Assembly: GCA_002189035.1 (NCBI GenBank)
Contig: CM007989.1
Span: 8,438,018-8,502,017 of the forward strand
Length of the DNA: 64,000 nt
Reading direction: 5' to 3'
Source of the DNA: Utricularia gibba
Taxonomy: Eukaryota > Plantae > Magnoliophyta
The notes beneath the pieces are model-generated. The model saw nothing but the letters and a program-made list of their open reading frames with translations. It did no database searches and was not told where the DNA came from. Both the position numbers and the translations under genes were made by a program. Shown in pieces: positions 37,964 through 51,573 of this stretch (position 1 is its first letter; each line of letters opens with the position of its first letter).

Positions 37964-38504
37964 TTCAGGGCACGAGTATGTGAGAGGAGTGGAACTGACT
38001 GAAACGTGACATCCCTATGTTAAAGACGCTTTTAGCGCCCAGCGAATATACTTTGTAAGGAATTTATCGGATGAAACTGTAGATAAGAAGCTGATGTCTT
38101 CCTTCAGTTACATCTTACAATCCTGCACACGCACACAGAGAGAGAGCCGCAGAATGACCGACTGCTCCGAGGAAACAAAAACCTACACCTTCAGAGCTGA
38201 TAGGAATATGACACCATTAAGAGTTGAGGCTTTAATTGCCATAACATGGGACACAAGTTATTTCTATGGATTTGATGTGACACCATGCAAATCCAACCAT
38301 ACCAAAAGAGGGAGAAAGGGAGATGGTCATAGGAGAAGTCCTAAAGAGAAAGGAAAAAAGGCCATCAGTAAGGCCAAGCTGACATACGTGAAGAGCAGAG
38401 CAGCTCCTAACTTGTGCAGGCAACATAAATAATACCAAAGGTGGCTGCGTCAGGCGTACTTGCTTATAAGTGAGTAGTTCCATGAGAAAGGTTACGATAA
38501 GACC

Positions 38505-40707
38505 TCAGAGTTCATCGTGAGGAAGATCTCTAGAATGCAACGGAGTTGGCTTCTGATTATCAGCAAGGTACATTACGGCCAGGGATGCGTGAAGTGCAGC
38601 ACCTAATGGGAGTCCGTTTTCATCGATTCTGAAATATGGCGAGTGTGCTGAGAAGGGCTTGCTGAGAGTTGGATCCTTCATCCCGACAAAAAGGAAATAA
38701 CCTCGCATTTTTTCGAGATAGAACGAGAAATCTTCCGATCCCATGACTGGTTGCATCTCCTTAACTGCAGCAACACCGAACATGTCCCCTGCAACATTTC
38801 GAAATAACTTGTGCATCCCTTCATCGTTAACCACAGGTGGGAAGAAAGGCTTATCTTCTGAATCAAAGGTCACGGTTGCATTGCATCTCTGCACCACAGC
38901 TTGTCCAATGATAACCTGCTCTATTCGCTGCTTAATTTGTTCAAGTTTCTCCACTGAAAATGCTCGGAAAGTGCCTCCAATGGTGACAGAGTCTGGAATA
39001 ACATTGAATGTACCACCGCCTCCATGGAATTGAGAAACTGTAATAACCTGTCCAAAGGAATCGTCAGTTCTGTAATCAAACTACAAAGTAGGAGACCTCT
39101 TTAATGTGGCAGTGCGGAGTCAGTTGCTTGGATACGACCCAGTGAAAACTCGCTTATTAGATCTGATCTTGAATTTTTCTAAAGTCAGTTTGCGGTGCCA
39201 CTTTGGTCAATGGATGAAAAAGATAATGACCAACCCAACTCCAACTGCTAATTTGTACCTGAGAATCAAGAGGATCGGCTTCTCGAGAGACAATCTGTTG
39301 CAAGCTGACAACAACATTCGAGGCAGCTAATATGGGTCTATGGCCTGTTGGGGTATAGCAGCATGGCCTCCTTTTCCATTGATCACAGCATGAAACTGGC
39401 CACTCCCTGCTAGAATTGGACCAGGCCTAGATGCAACTTCACCCACTGGTAATGTACTGTAGGAATGGATGCCAAAAATGGCCTCTACATTCTTAAGCAC
39501 GCCAGCTTCCATAATAATTTTCGCCCCTCCACCTCCTTCCTCTGCTGGTTGGAAAACCAGAACAACAGTCCCCTGTATCACCATAAAACAACCTTGATGA
39601 AAAGTCCTCCTATACAACACCCCATGGTGCAAAGATTATTGCTCTTTGGTAAAAGGAGCATCTGAAGATCGGTAACTCTCAATTTAAATCCAGAGTCATA
39701 CTGGGCATGGAAGCATAAGAAGAAGTAGGCCATTCATTCACAAAAGTGTGACAAAGGAATCGGCTGGTGATTGGAAAGAGACGCAAACCTTTAAAAGTTG
39801 AACATTATCATGAAGAATTTTAGCAGCACCAAGGAGCATTGCAACATGAGCATCGTGTCCACAAGCATGCATCAGTCCAGGTTTCCTACTCTTATGCTTC
39901 CACTCCACCTTTTCCTATTTGAAGCAAATGCCATTTAATATTCATCCGTATGACAAGAAAACTATGTTACCATAACGGACGGTTGACATGATTGGTCGAC
40001 TCATACCACTCTATATTCGTGTGTTTTGGCCAGTTCATATACAGCTCAGAACCATGGATCTAAACTAAACAACGAGTCATGTTTGGAGGGACTGGTTGAT
40101 GATCGAGCCTTTTCGACACTGTAGCGTGCCATAGACTAAAACCCCATCACCATAACAGTTTTGTTTAAATAACAGAGAAATTAACGCGTAGAGCATGAAG
40201 TAAGCTGGGAGAGGGAGGACACCATAGCGCGGGAGACTCAGATATAAAACTGCAATATCTCTAAAAAGAGAACGATCTCAAAAAAGCTATCTAAGAACTC
40301 AACAATTAAAGATCTAGAGAAGTTTAAAGGATGAAGGATGCAACCTCCACTCGAAGAGCATCCATATCTGCCCTTATTGCAACAACGGGAGGTTCCCCTG
40401 TCCCAATATAACCGATTACACCAGTAACTGCTACAGGATAGGTGTACTTAATTCCCATCTTATCCAGCTCTTCTCTAATCAGTTTACTGGTCTCGAATTC
40501 TTGAAAGCCTAATTCAGGATTTTCGTGTATTTTTCTTCTGATGCCTACCATCCAATCGAAAACATCGGATTTATTTGCTGCCGCGAGAAAATATTTGGGG
40601 GTCTCCGATGGCTGTGACGGATTCAGACTCGAGTTTGCGAAGATGGGTTTGGAAAAATACGTCAGGATGAAGAAAATCGAGAGGATCAGCTTCCAACAAA
40701 CCACCAT
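38505..40707 (-). CDS. IAR3: IAA-amino acid/JA-Ile amidohydrolase (ILR1-like, IAR3/ILL type; peptidase M20), 4 exons; apparent -1 frameshift at 39334-39336
   Basis: Signal peptide, [64 protein letters not shown] and the ER-retention-like end HDEL*. Confidence 0.88.
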
Positions 40708-41300
40708 CTTCTGGGTTCAAAAGCAAAAGCATGCAGAACTTGAGCTAATCTGTCCCAGAGCCCAAGCTAAGATTTCGTACAAAACCTCTGCCGGAAATAC
40801 CGTCAGCACATTCAACAGAAACACTGTCTAGCCGTCACTCAAGTTAGTCGGGTTGCTAAAACCAGAATAGCTCCACACCTATCAATTTTAGGTGTGATTG
40901 GATTTCAGTGGTCCCCTGGTGGTCCGCGTAGCCACACGCTCATCTATTTTGTTGAATACAGGTATGGATGAAGGATCATACCCAGCCGGATTCATAGTTT
41001 GGAGTTTGAACTGGATCAACCAAACGGAATAGGGGTCGCCCAGATTATTTCCAAACGCTCTGGGGCATACATGGAATTCCCTAAGGCGCATCCTCCCAGG
41101 CAGCTCCGGCCACACATGCGATGAACTTTGTTTAGTACATTATGATACCCAGAAAAAAAAAAAAAAAGGTTCTACGCACTTGAAGCAGTCGTGTGCTGCC
41201 AATGTAAAGCTATAAATGTCTCCTTGATACAGTACAACAAAAATTCAAGATGCATACGCCTCATCCTATCGGAAGGCGCATGCTGTGGGGGAAAAAGGGC

Positions 41301-43651
41301 TTAATTGCCTCTTCTTGAAGAATGGGCGGATGAATCTGATTTTTCAGCCAGATAGTGTTCAAGCATATCTTCTTCATCATCTGCGTACCAAATACAGGAG
41401 TAGATACTTTAGTCATTTGCAAGAAACTAACAAAGTCTGAAAATGATAAAGAATGCATGTTACCTTCAAAGTCATCATCAAAATCAATATCCTCCGTGTC
41501 TTCATCCGAAACATCTTCAACAGGTACCCCGCCTTTCTGCAATCAACAGATCGACCATATAAATACCATCACAGAGCATCATGACAAAGTAGGTCGAAGA
41601 AGGGCTCCAAATTCCCATAACGATGATCCAAAGAATGGCTTACAGAGGCGGCTCTTCCACTCTCGAACCATTGCCTTCCTGTGAGCTTTTTCTCCTTGGT
41701 TGCAGTAAGAGCCGAATCAGGCATCAACCTAGGAATAAAAGAATTAGGGAAGTTCTGAATGAGCTGAATCAGGAACTAGGAAGTTGAAAGTAGTTTTATT
41801 TTCCGGTTTATGACGAGCTTTCTAAATAAAATTCTACATGAGATTTGGTTTTTGATAACAATTTAAAGACAAACAGAATCTTTAATTGACAAACTACCAT
41901 TTAAGACACTATCACTTACAGTTGAAGAGTTAAATTAACGACTGAAACTCACTTGGCTCTTTCGAGTGCTAATTCAGCTTCATATTTCTCCCTCCAAGCC
42001 AAAAATGTGTCTACTGTTACTGGTTCTCCATGTGGTATGACAATCTGAAAAGAAAAAGGATACACAGATCACCGAATTGAGTTGACCCAGTAGTCAGGCG
42101 TATGGGGTTGAAAGATGTACTGTGCATTCTCATCGGCGATGTGTCTACTGGAGAAGGAAGTGGGCAAGCCCGTGCCTATGGTGGCAGAAATAGTTCTTGT
42201 CTTTAAAAAAATTAGTCGCTAGGTACAAAAAACACTTCTTTTGTTGCTTCGAGCAAGCAGTTGTCTCTATGCTAGAATAAAGGTTAAAAAAAATAACCTC
42301 ATCTTTCGTAGACACATCTTCTGTCGTATCATCCAAACCAGAATCATGAGAATATCTTTCAGAAAGCCATTCCTTAGCTGATGCGACCAATGTGTAGATC
42401 ATGGCCATACCAAGATTGTCATTTGCCTGTAAGGTCCATGAGACATTCAAGTGCGCATTAAAAAGGGTCGTATGCCATTATATATCAGGTTCAAGGGGCA
42501 ACTTCAGTTGATCAATGGAGCAGGTTACGCTCGTTGTAACAGAATTAGGTAGCAGATTTCACATAAGGAGGCATCATGCTATTAAATATAAATGCGATAA
42601 TTTAACAAAGCTCCAGGTCTTACCTCTTGTTCCAACTTTTCCTTCAGAGCTTTAAGTTCCCCAGGTTGAATACCCTTTAAACTAAATTCAGATAAATAGA
42701 ATTTTAGGATTTTAGGTCTGCTTAGCAGAAAAGACTAACCAAATAAAGAGTGAATAAACTCAAAGACAACACTTAAGTAAAAGACAGATGAAACCTTTTC
42801 AACTTGAGAAGTGGGGGTTCATCAGGATAGTTTTCTGTATGCGAAAAAATCAAGGCTAGTTGAACTGCCAAAAACACCCGGCCTCAGATTAACAAGAAGC
42901 AATACTTGAAGATCATCATATAAGCTATCAAACCTGATGAACCAGTTGGTTCGTCTGACTCATTATCCTGTTTGAGAAAAAAGGAAAAGGAACGTACTCC
43001 TTTAGGTGGGAGATGAATAAGAAAGATAGCAAACATCCATCCTTCAGGACAGATGGATATAGGAAAAACATAATTTACCTGAGGAGAAAGTGTTATCTGG
43101 AAGCATCGAGAGGAAGTAACTAGATCACTTTCACTAGAACGAATTTCTGGTAAATCAAAATTATCAAGAAAAATGACTCATTACACCTAGTCCCAGCAGA
43201 TTTTCTAGGGAAAGAAAAACAAGAAAAACAAGAAAAACAAGAAAAACAAGAAAACCAAGACTGTGTATCTGAAGTGCAACATACCCCTAAAATCATCCAT
43301 TAAAATTGCTTCTAAAGCTTCGATCTCCATGTCTTGCTCTTGTTGATAGTCTGCCCAAAAAAGCATTTGTGATAATAAAGACCACAGCTTTACAACTGCT
43401 AAGGAAAGGTACATCCACGAAAATGCATTGACGAACGACTCTCAATCAAAGCACATCAGCAATAGTAGCTCAACGCCTTTAATAGAATTTTGAGTAGCGA
43501 GTGCGGCGCGAGTAACAGTAATAAATCATTCCCTGGAATCCACTTCTTAAATTTTCAATCTTTTTGCTTTTTTTTTAGGAGATCATGAACAGAAAATGTT
43601 CTTTTTTATGATGAACAATAAAGAACCGAAGATAATGAACTTACCAGTCAT
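41301..43651 (-). CDS. RWD domain-containing protein (RWDD1/GIR2-like), multi-exon
   Basis: MTDYQQEQDMEIEALEAIL; YPDEPP; NLGMAMIYTLV; HGEPVTVDTFLAWREKYEAELALERAK; KKLTGRQWFESG; acidic tail. Confidence 0.9.
43212..43256. repeat. (AAGAAAAAC)n minisatellite in RWD intron
   Basis: About 5 copies of a 9-mer read directly. Confidence 0.85.
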
Positions 43652-43966
43652 GGCGCTTGGGTGTATGATGATTCGTCTTCGCTCAGGAACTTTTAGAAAA
43701 ATCGCCAAATCCTTAAATTGAATTTCAGAAAATGAAATGAACGCGAAGGAGCAGAAGAGAAAGTACTTCCCCAGGAAGAGCTCAAGGTTCTGAAGAAATG
43801 CAATACCACAAATCCATCATGATCTGCCAGCCGCGGAGCTATCAGGAAAGGGGAAGCGGACGCAAAACAGACTAGATTTTTATTTTCGAAGACGCTTTTT
43901 CATTAGCAAGCATCTAATATGTAATTTACCAAACAAGGACGCGGGTATTTTAGTCACCAAGACCAC

Positions 43967-44210
43967 TAGGGTTTTGACTGGTTCGTCCCACTCCCGGATG
44001 GGATAATCAAGAAGCTCCTCTGTCTCGTCAGAAAGACAGAAACGTATCTCCGGTGTAAAATGGTTTGCTTAGAGTGGAAGCCAAAAGGCTAGGAACGTGT
44101 GCATTCACGGCCACGGAGAGTGGTGGGCTTTTGGGATCTTGGGCGAGACCTATATATTAAAGCCCAAGCATTGTAATTGGATTGGGTCAATGGATCCGAC
44201 CTTATAAGCC
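43967..44210. promoter_or_regulatory. Bidirectional promoter (RWD / CHMP1) with telo-box and site II elements
   Basis: TAGGGTTT (telo-box) at 43967-43974, TGGGCT at 44124 and AGCCCA at 44161, between head-to-head ATGs at 43651 and 44385. Confidence 0.5.
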
Positions 44211-44384
44211 CTAGTTGCTCATTGTGCCCTCTCCTCGGGTCGGGTGTTAGCACGCGTACGGCGTAACCCGACTCGACGAGGGAAATCAATCAAATTGAAA
44301 TAGGGCAATTGACAGCCGGAGGCACAAATCCCTGTCCTCTCTGCGCGTCGCTCGCTGACTCGTGCCAATCGTCGGAAGTTCGCC

Positions 44385-44996
44385 ATGGGGAGCGCGGAAA
44401 AACTGATGAAGCAGATCATGGAGTTGAAATTCACTGCTAAAAGTCTTCAGAGGCAGGCAAGGAAGTGCGAAAAGGAGGAGAAGGCCGAGAAATTGAAGGT
44501 CAAGAAGGCGATCGAGAAAGGAAACATGGATGGCGCGCGGATCTACGCCGAGAACGCAATCCGCAAGCGCAACGAGCAGATGAACTATCTCCGTCTTTCC
44601 TCCCGTCTGGATGCAGTTGTCGCGAGACTCGATACGCAGGCCAAAATGACGTCTATCGGCAAGTCGATGGGGAATATTGTCAAATCACTCGAATCATCTC
44701 TGGCTACCGGAAATCTGCAGAAGATGTCGGAGACTATGGATCAGTTCGAGAAGCAATTCGTGAACATGGAAGTTCAGGCCGAGTTCATGGAGAGCTCTAT
44801 GGCGGGAAGCACGTCGCTTTCCACGCCGGAGGGAGAGGTCAACAGTCTCATGCAGCAGGTGGCTGATGACTATGGACTCGAGGTTTCTGTTGGTCTGCCG
44901 CAACCTGCTTCACATGCCGTAACCGTTCAGAGCAGTGAGAAAGTCGACGAAGATGACCTCAACCGGCGTCTCGCTGAGCTGAAATCCCGCGGCTGA
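44385..44996 (+). CDS. CHMP1: ESCRT-III-associated protein CHMP1/VPS46/DID2 (Snf7 family), single coding exon
   Basis: [49 protein letters not shown]...[17 protein letters not shown]. Confidence 0.95.
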   Translation: MGSAEKLMKQIMELKFTAKSLQRQARKCEKEEKAEKLKVKKAIEKGNMDGARIYAENAIRKRNEQMNYLRLSSRLDAVVARLDTQAKMTSIGKSMGNIVKSLESSLATGNLQKMSETMDQFEKQFVNMEVQAEFMESSMAGSTSLSTPEGEVNSLMQQVADDYGLEVSVGLPQPASHAVTVQSSEKVDEDDLNRRLAELKSRG

Positions 44997-45369
44997 TCTT
45001 CCTGCTGCAAGCGCGCATCGGTGTTGTCATTTCTTATAGGTATATGGTATCCATCCCTATATGTATTGATGTATGGACGCTATTTTTTCCTTGGACTGCT
45101 CCAATTCTGCTATGGTATGCTCTCCCTTTGTTATGTGGTATTCTTCTGGCATGCTGTGTTTTCTGTATTGAGATTCAGGTTTACTACCTACTCGCACATT
45201 AGACGACCTTTGCTAAAAGGCAACCAAACGGGCACCTCTTGTGCCCTGTGAAGCTTCACGACTGGTAAATATCAAGGTGCTGCTGCATTAGATTTTTTCC
45301 AAGTCACTAAAATTGAATTGATCTCCTCGGGACTAGAATAGAATACGTTTGGAAGCTACATGGGCTGCT

Positions 45370-45475
45370 GGCTGTTTGGTGATGTTATCAGGCACTGATA
45401 ACATTCGTTTTTTGGAAACTTCACATTTGTTTTTTGGAAACTGATGAAAAAGATAGCACCATTTTCCAAACCCCC
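45370..45475. mobile_element. Possible degenerate Tourist-like MITE
   Basis: GGCTGTTTGG at the left and CCAAACCCCC at the right resemble PIF/Harbinger MITE TIRs. No clear TSD. Confidence 0.25.
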
Positions 45476-46514
45476 AAGTTCCCAAAACTAGAAGAATTTT
45501 GGGGTTTTGACTATTGATTGATTATGCTTCTCTATGATGTTTTCCCCCTGTTACCACCGAGTGGAAATTCCGTTGATTGTGTGTGGGGTTTTCCAAAGCG
45601 GATGAGTAGCGCTAGGCAGGGCGTGGAGGAGAAATGTGTGTAAGATTCGCAAGCTGGAAAGGTGATCTACCGGTTTATTTGAGTTGAGGTTAATCGGTGT
45701 TTACCAAAGATTTGCAAATTTTGGTGCGCTGCGGAGGCATATTTTTAAAAGCTTGGTCTTCCGGTGAGCTGCATATTTATGGTTTCATGTGTAGGAGGGT
45801 GATGAATGATGCGAGAGATGGATCTAAGCATTTTTGAAAAGTTTACACATGGTCATGAGAAGAGTTGATATTTTATACATTTTTGTATAGTTATAATAAG
45901 TTAATACATATACATTTTTTATCATGAGAAAAAGAGAGATATTTTGTACACTATGGCTTGAGTATAACCAGTAAAATGTTTTGTCTTTGTCTCAGATAGA
46001 TAGATAGATATTGGGACTTTGGAGTTGGTTAGAGTATGGTTGATAGGCAAAAATGATTGCTTACTCAAATTCTGAAAAAATGATCAAATAAATAAATGTG
46101 TAGTTGCTGGGCTGGGCTGGGCTTTTGTGGGATCTCGCTCGTAACAAAGCATACACCTATCCTTGCCAACATAAATAAATAAAAAAGGATTGGAGAGGGA
46201 GCCGGAAAATTGACACAGAAAGGCAAGTGAAAACTGCAAATCTTTTTCCTGCTGTGTGTACATACATACCTACACATGGTGTATCTATAGATAGAGCGAG
46301 CGAGCGAGCACATCTGAATCCTCCTGCTCATCAATCTCTGTATGCGCTCCATGGTTGAGAACGAAATCCATCTTGGGATGCCCTTTCGATTTTATACCGA
46401 TTCTCGCTTCTGAAACACTTTACTCTCCACTGGAAAGGCAACCGGGGGAAATCATTTTTGCTTTCTGCTGCTGCTTTAATCATTTTCGGTGATTTTTCTC
46501 GATTCTCGAAAGGG

Positions 46515-49500
46515 ATGAGCGGCGTTTCCGGTGACGGAGAGGTGGCACCAGCTTCAGCGGAGCCACCTTCCCCGCTGGAATGGAAATTCTCTCAGGTCTT
46601 TGGCGAGCGGACGGCGGGGAGGAAGTGCAAGAAGGTAATAGCATCCACTAGCGAATTAGGAAATAATTTGTTTGGATCTCGTGGTTAGGGTTTTATTTTA
46701 GTGAATTTTGATCTGTTCCTGAATCATTACTGGGATGACTCATTGAGCACTGGAGTACGCGATCTGCATGCCAGGGTCGCTGATCCAAAATTGGGCTTTC
46801 AAAAGTGGTCTGCGCGAAATGGTTTCATGGCAGTTTTATTTTCTTTTTTGTTTACTCTGAGAAAGACTCCTCGTTCTCTTTTTTTTTTATGCCTACTCTT
46901 ATGCGTTTATTGCTCAAGTCATGGGTTTACTTTTGCCGCCATATCTTTCACTGGATCACATGCAGTGAAGTTCATATTAGTAAGCTCTAAATTGTAACAT
47001 TTATTGAAACTACTTTTGCCGTTATTAATATGTTGCATTTATAACTCTACTCTAGCTTGGGATACTGGTCTCATGATTAGACCCGTGCAAGAGGCAACAT
47101 TCCATTTGAATCCAAAAGAGTTGAGTGTATAAAAAATCATAAGCGCTGTGTTCTGGCCGTATCCCTATTCTGTTAATCCAACTTTTCTTGAATTAAAAGT
47201 TTCTATTTGAACCCAAACTATTTTGATGTCTGCCTCCTTTCCATGATGTTCAGTTGATATCATTTCTGCAATTGAGTTTGATAAATGTGGTGACCATCTG
47301 GCAACTGGTGACCGTGGTGGGAGGGTGGTGTTGTTTGAAAGAACTGATGTAAAAGAGGTGTGTCCCCTTTGAACATAAAATGGCTTCCTATATGCTGATG
47401 CAGTCATTTTCATTGGCTCTCCAAATGTATCTGCAGTCCGGAAGATCACGGAGGGATTTAGAGCAGGCAGAATATCCCGCCAGTCGCCATCCAGAATTTC
47501 GCTACAAAACAGAATTTCAGAGCCATGAACCTGAGGTCTTTATCTCAAATCACAGATCATCTATTTTACTACAGTTTGATATTTCTGCTTTTTTTTTTTA
47601 ATTTCAGTTAGAAGTTGCTTCAAGGCATTTCTTCCTTTTCTCATGTTTCTTTCCTCTGATTCAAATATTCTAGAGAGGATGTTTGAATAACGCTGTCTGT
47701 TTGTATGCGTTTATTCAGTTTGATTATCTTAAAAGTTTGGAGATAGAGGAGAAAATCAACAAGATTCAGTGGTGCCAGGCGGCCAATGGGGCTCTTTTTC
47801 TGCTGTCCACTAATGACAAGACCATCAAGTATTGGAAGGTATGACATGCAATTTCGTTGCTTGACAACGATTGGAAACAATTAATGCAGTATGTTATTAA
47901 GGGGTTACACATAACTGCTCTGCGGGAAAATCAATTTTAAGGCTTTAATATGATTCTTTTTCCAAGGAGAGAGATGTGCTCCATGTTAAATATAGAATAC
48001 GTAGTGAATCGTTCATTAATGGAACTTTCACTTAGTTTCTGTTTCCTTCTTTATAAGGTATAATTCCATTGCTCTGAACAGGTTCAGGAGAAGAAGGTTA
48101 AGAAAATATCTGAAATGAACGTGGACCCGACTAAAATTTCTGGAAATGGTAGCATAACAAGTTCAAGCGTGCCCTCCAGCTCCAGGCCAGGCCTTTCAAA
48201 TGGAAACTGCTACGGCCAATCTTGCAATTCCTTCAGCAGTGAATTGTCTTTCCCTCCTGGGGTATCCCCTCACTTCGGTTGCCAGTGGTAGTTGTACTTG
48301 CCTGAGCCACATTTTCTTTGGAAATCAGTGCATACGTATACATATGTATATTATATCCTACTTTATTTTCTGCTGCTTCATTTGGTCATTTTTCTGACTG
48401 TATTATGATAAACCTGCATCTCTTCTTTGTCTTTTATTTATTTTCCTTTTCTATGCAACCAGTATATTTTCATATTGAACTTCTGTAAAAACTCATCTAC
48501 AAGAACACATGGGCAGTCTCGTTGCAAGACGTAGGAGAGTCTATACCCACGCTTGACTATTTGGAATTTGCCAAAACTTTTTCAGCTTCTTCTTATTGCT
48601 TTTTCTGATACACATGGTCATTAATTTTATAGGTCACCAGCAGCGAAACCAATCTTGTTGCAAGATGTAGGAGAGTCTATGCCCACGCTCATGATTACCA
48701 CATTAATTCCATCTCAAGTAACAGGTCATGCCCCCTTTTCAAGTTATTCTGTAACGACCAACTCATTTATTCTCTTCAAGCTCTGGTTTTTAATGCTTAA
48801 GAGGTGTTCTTTTGCATCATTGTAAAATCACTTTTTTCTTAAAGGTGGTTTACACACCACACTGCTTTTCACTGTTTTACAAAGTACCGTGTGAAATCCG
48901 TTGCATAGCCTGACTTTTTTTTTTTTTAATAAAATTGAATCTTTAACCTAGTTTCGTGGGGTGAGTTTCAGTTCTTTTCTTTTTGTGCTCAATGAATTGA
49001 TAGTTTATGAATAATGCTCAACAGTGATGGCGAGACATTCATATCTGCTGATGATCTGCGGATAAACCTTTGGAATTTGGAAATAAGCAATCAGAGCTTC
49101 AATATTGTTGATGTGAAGCCAGCGAATATGGAGGATCTCACAGGTTTACTTGCAGTGTTGTGCTGCGTTTGTGCTAATTCCTTTTCTTTCCCTCTTGTCA
49201 ATTTATCCATGTCTTCATTTTTGGCTCCCTTGAGTTTCTCTAAGGAATATTCTGGTCCCTCATAAGTTTAACAAATGAATTTTTGTTTTTTTTTTTGTGA
49301 AATGCAATGTAAAGTAACCTGGAACCTGAATTGTGTATGGCCCCATTTTATTTCACCTTGATTTTTAATGTGCTATCCTTCATGATGTAGGCTATATATC
49401 CTGCCTTCTCTAGATATTGTTGTAATTTGTGAAGCAATTTCCAGTATTTTGTTAACTGCAGAGGTCATAACATCGGCAGAGTTTCATCCCACTCAATGCA

Positions 49501-50853
49501 ATACGTTAGGTTACAGTAGCTCAAAAGGATCTATCCGTCTTGTTGATCTGAGACAATCTGCATTGTGTGATTCACATTCGAAACTGTGAGTGCTTTATCA
49601 ACCAGGTGTCTCGTGAATTATGCAGTGCTCTCCCGAAAAACAAATTGGATATGAAAGGATGTGAAATTGGATTTCTTGCAAACAGATTTGAGGAGCATGA
49701 AGCACCTGGCTCGAGGTCATTTTTTACGGAGATAATTGCTTCAGTATCAGATATTAAGTTTTCAAAGGATGGCAGGCACATACTAAGCCGTGATTATATG
49801 ACTCTCAAGGTTCCAATTTTTAGTTGAAGCATTTTTCCTTTTTGTTATTGTGTATGTCTATCACCGAACTTGATAAAGGAAGATGGGTCAGTACTTCTCT
49901 TGTATGCCTGCTGTAATTATACTAAGAAGCTATGATGTTTCTTGGACATCTTCTAGTTTCTTATATGCTGCAGCTCTGAAGTTTTGTCTATCTTTGGAAT
50001 ATGATTTTGCTGGAAGTATTCATTTATGTTCACTGCTGGTGTATTTGATATAGATTTTTTTATTCAGTTGTGGGATATTAACATGGATGCTGGTCCGGTG
50101 GCAACCTTTCAGGTTCATGAGTATTTAAGACCAAAGGTGATCATAACGGTGGTTCATGGTTATTTTTGAGGTATTTCAGTCATGGACAATGTTTTCGAAC
50201 TAACGATATTCCAACTTGAAAATGTCCAGCTGTGTGATTTGTACGAGAATGATTCCATTTTTGATAAATTTGAGTGCTGTCTGAGCGGTGATGGTCTCCG
50301 AGTGGCAACTGGTTCTTACAGGTTCTGTATAGTTTTGCCTTTTTGTTTCCCATCCTTCATCTAATACACTGTCGAAAGAACGTTTCTTATGATCTCAGCA
50401 ATCTGTTCCGGGTTTTTGGTTGTACTCCTGGAAGTTCTGAGGCAGCCACACTGGAAGCAAGCAAGAATCCACAGAGGTACTTTTTCCGTGAAAAGTTAGT
50501 TGATGCAGTGACACATCATTCGTGTATTGCTTACCACCAAAAATGAATTTTTGACCTTTAAAGGAGGCAAATACAGACACCTTCAAGGCCTTCCCGATCC
50601 CTTGGCAGCAGCATCACTCGTGCCGTTCGAAGGGGTGCATTTCCCTGTTCTTCTAGTCTATTTTCTTAGTCATGCATTTCAGTTTATCTGAAGAGTGAGT
50701 AGCAATTGTTTTATAGGTGCAGAAACTTCAGGGGTCGACGCCAATGGGAATTCATTTGATTTCACAGCAAAACTGCTCCATTTGGCCTGGCATCCCTCAG
50801 AGAACTCAATAGCCTGTGCTGCTGCGAACAGCTTGTACATGTATTATGCATAA
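46515..50853 (+). CDS. PP2A 55 kDa regulatory subunit B (B55), multi-exon; apparent -1 frameshift at 46616-46619
   Basis: [12 protein letters not shown]; [27 protein letters not shown]; [23 protein letters not shown]; [13 protein letters not shown]; [12 protein letters not shown]; SRDYMTLK; DKFECC; KLLHLAWHP; ANSLYMYYA*. Confidence 0.92.
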
Positions 50854-51573
50854 AATGTGCGCTCCCACGCTGTATTGCAAACACATTCATGGTTTTTCAT
50901 TTTGACAGTGCCTCACCGTTTTTCTGACATGAAATTACCTCCACAGGCTCAGGCTTCAGGTATGGAAAGTATTGGTACCTCTTAAAACCAGCGAAACGAG
51001 GCATCGGTGGGGGCAATATATTCCTTCAATTTTTTGCTTCTCTAAGAGAAGGTTTCTGGTCAGGATGCCTGAAAGCCAGCCACGTGATTCGCAGCTCTCT
51101 TACAAATAGGATGACTGAGAGGTAAAATGATAACTGTTATTACCTGAGGCGGATGGAATCGTTGCTGCGAACTTGGGGCGACTGCAGTCCAGTGGGTGGC
51201 TGCGACCTGCGTCTTTATAATTCCTATTATTATTATTATGATCATGATTATATTCTAGGATGATTCTCGTTGTCTGTCTGTAGATTCCATACAGTATTCC
51301 CTTTGTACAACCCTGGCTCGGCTTGTATGTTGCTTTGCCTTCCCTTCCCTTCCCTTCAAACCGCCAACGGGTTGCATACACGATTCACCACCTTCGTTTT
51401 TTTACACAGAATCTGCTGCATCTCTTGTTTTTAAACGGGCTGGTGGGCTCGTCGGGGCCATTTTGATGAAGGATAATTACACGTTCTATAAACGAATCGG
51501 CATCTGGTGCGAACGTCATCTCGCAAGTTGTAACTAAACCTCCCCTCTGTTCCACAGCCGAAATTCTACCGGA

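Noticed and set aside
22476-40707. Apparent auxin-themed cluster (WAT1-like transporters plus IAA-amido hydrolase)
   Set aside because: The genes are separated by unrelated loci (AHL, DREB, PPR), the families are large, and there is no evidence of co-regulation.
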